A program made the translations under genes and the position numbers. Source: Balanoglossus misakiensis (taxonomy: Eukaryota > Animalia > Hemichordata). Taken from it: a stretch of DNA of 64,000 nucleotides. Shown piece by piece: positions 62,801 to 64,000 of the stretch. How positions within the stretch are numbered: position 1 is the stretch's first letter; every line of letters starts with the position of its first letter. The stretch spans positions 9,526,390-9,590,389 of the forward strand of contig CM082580.2 of NCBI GenBank assembly GCA_040954595.2, given 5' to 3'. A model generated the notes under the pieces. It had not been told where the DNA came from, did no database searches, and saw only the letters and a list, made by a program, of their open reading frames with translations.

Positions 62801-64000
62801 GGTTATAGCTCAGGAAAATCGCCAGAAATCGACGATTTTTCGACTTTGCGAATTTTGAAAATTTGGTCATTTTTTGAAAAAACCATGGGTTATAGCTCAG
62901 GAAAATCGTCAGAAATCGACGATTTTTCGACTTTGCGAATTTTGAAAATTTGGTCATTTTTTGAAAAAACCATGGGTTATAGCTCAGGAAAATCGTCAGA
63001 AATCGACGATTTTTCGACTTTGCGAATTTTGAAAATTTGGTCATTTTTTGAAAAAACCATGGGTTATAGCTCAGGAAAATCGTCAGAAATCGACGATTTT
63101 TCGACTTTGCGAATTTTGAAAATTTTGTCATTTTTTGAAAAAAACATGGGTTATAGCTCAGGAAAATCGCCAGAAATCGACGATTTTTCTACTTTGCGAA
63201 TTTTGAAAATTTGGTCATTTTTTGAAAAAACCATGGGTTATAGCTCAGGAAAATCGTCAGAAATCGACGATTTTTCGACTTTGCGAATTTTGAAAATTTG
63301 GTCATTTTTTGAAAAAACCATGGGTTATAGCTCAGGAAAATCGTCAGAAATCGACGATTTTTCGACTTTGCGAATTTTGAAAATGTCGTCATTTTTTGAA
63401 AAAACCATGGGTTATAGCTCAGGAAAATCGCCAGAAATCGACGATTTTTCGACTTTGCGAATTTTGAAAATTTGGTCATTTTTTGAAAAAACCATGGGTT
63501 ATAGCTCAGGAAAATCGCCAGAAATCGACGATTTTTCGACTTTGCGAATTTTGAAAATTTGGTCATTTTTTGAAAAAACCATGGGTTATAGCTCAGGAAA
63601 ATCGCCAGAAATCGACGATTTTTCGACTTTGCGAATTTCGAAAATTTGGTCATTTTTTGAAAAAACCATGGGTTATAGCTCAGGAAAATCGCCAGAAATC
63701 GACGATTTTTCGACTTTGCGAATTTTGAAAATTTGGTCATTTTTTGAAAAAACCATGGGTTATAGCTCAGGAAAATCGTCAGAAATCGACGATTTTTCGA
63801 CTTTGCGAATTTTGAAAATTTGGTCATTTTTTGAAAAAACCATGGGTTATAGCTCAGGAAAATCGTCAGAAATCGACGATTTTTCGACTTTGCGAATTTT
63901 GAAAATTTGGTCATTTTTTGAAAAAACCATGGGTTATAGCTCAGGAAAATCGCCAGAAATCGACGATTTTTCGACTTTGCGAATTTTGAAAATTTGGTCA
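41471..64000 (+). repeat. 87-bp satellite DNA array (~259 head-to-tail monomers, runs off the window end)
   Basis: Consensus CCATGGGTTATAGCTCAGGAAAATCGTCAGAAATCGACGATTTTTCGACTTTGCGAATTTTGAAAATTTGGTCATTTTTTGAAAAAA (87 nt). Most monomers differ by 0-2 bases. No spacers, no inversions and no interrupting inserts seen. Confidence 0.99.

Noticed and set aside
41763-63914. Dozens of ORFs in the track as protein-coding genes
   Set aside because: They are by-products of a 29-codon stop-free monomer. They occur on both strands and are broken at random by homopolymer indels.
41471-64000. CRISPR array
   Set aside because: The units are contiguous 87-bp near-identical monomers with no unique spacers, there are no cas genes, and the context is eukaryotic.

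Overview
Eukaryotic animal DNA, probably a marine invertebrate deuterostome such as an echinoderm or hemichordate. That taxon call is an inference from gene families, GT-AG introns and little CpG depletion. The left 41.4 kb is unique sequence. It holds the 3' part of a galanin/allatostatin-A-type rhodopsin GPCR (1-747 +), then ~27 kb of mostly non-coding DNA with MITEs, microsatellites, CRE/RFX motifs and a candidate signal-peptide exon plus micro-exon. Next come a divergent single-exon rhodopsin GPCR (28190-29161 -) and a membrane guanylyl cyclase with a bacterial-type NIT nitrate/nitrite-sensor domain (NIT-GC; 5 coding exons, 31405-34257 -, 652 aa). Head-to-head with the cyclase lies a 15-exon white/scarlet-like ABCG half-transporter (35506-40919 +, 649 aa). 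About 550 bp after the ABCG stop, an 87-bp satellite array begins and fills the remaining 22.5 kb (~259 monomers). It has diverged edge monomers, strong dyad symmetry, two sequence domains and variable higher-order repeats. The strongest leads are the NIT-GC/white-like ABCG divergent pair (a possible cGMP synthesis-plus-transport module), the centromere-like satellite abutting an intact gene, and a possible unannotated small secreted-peptide gene. All exon models and motif calls were made by eye.
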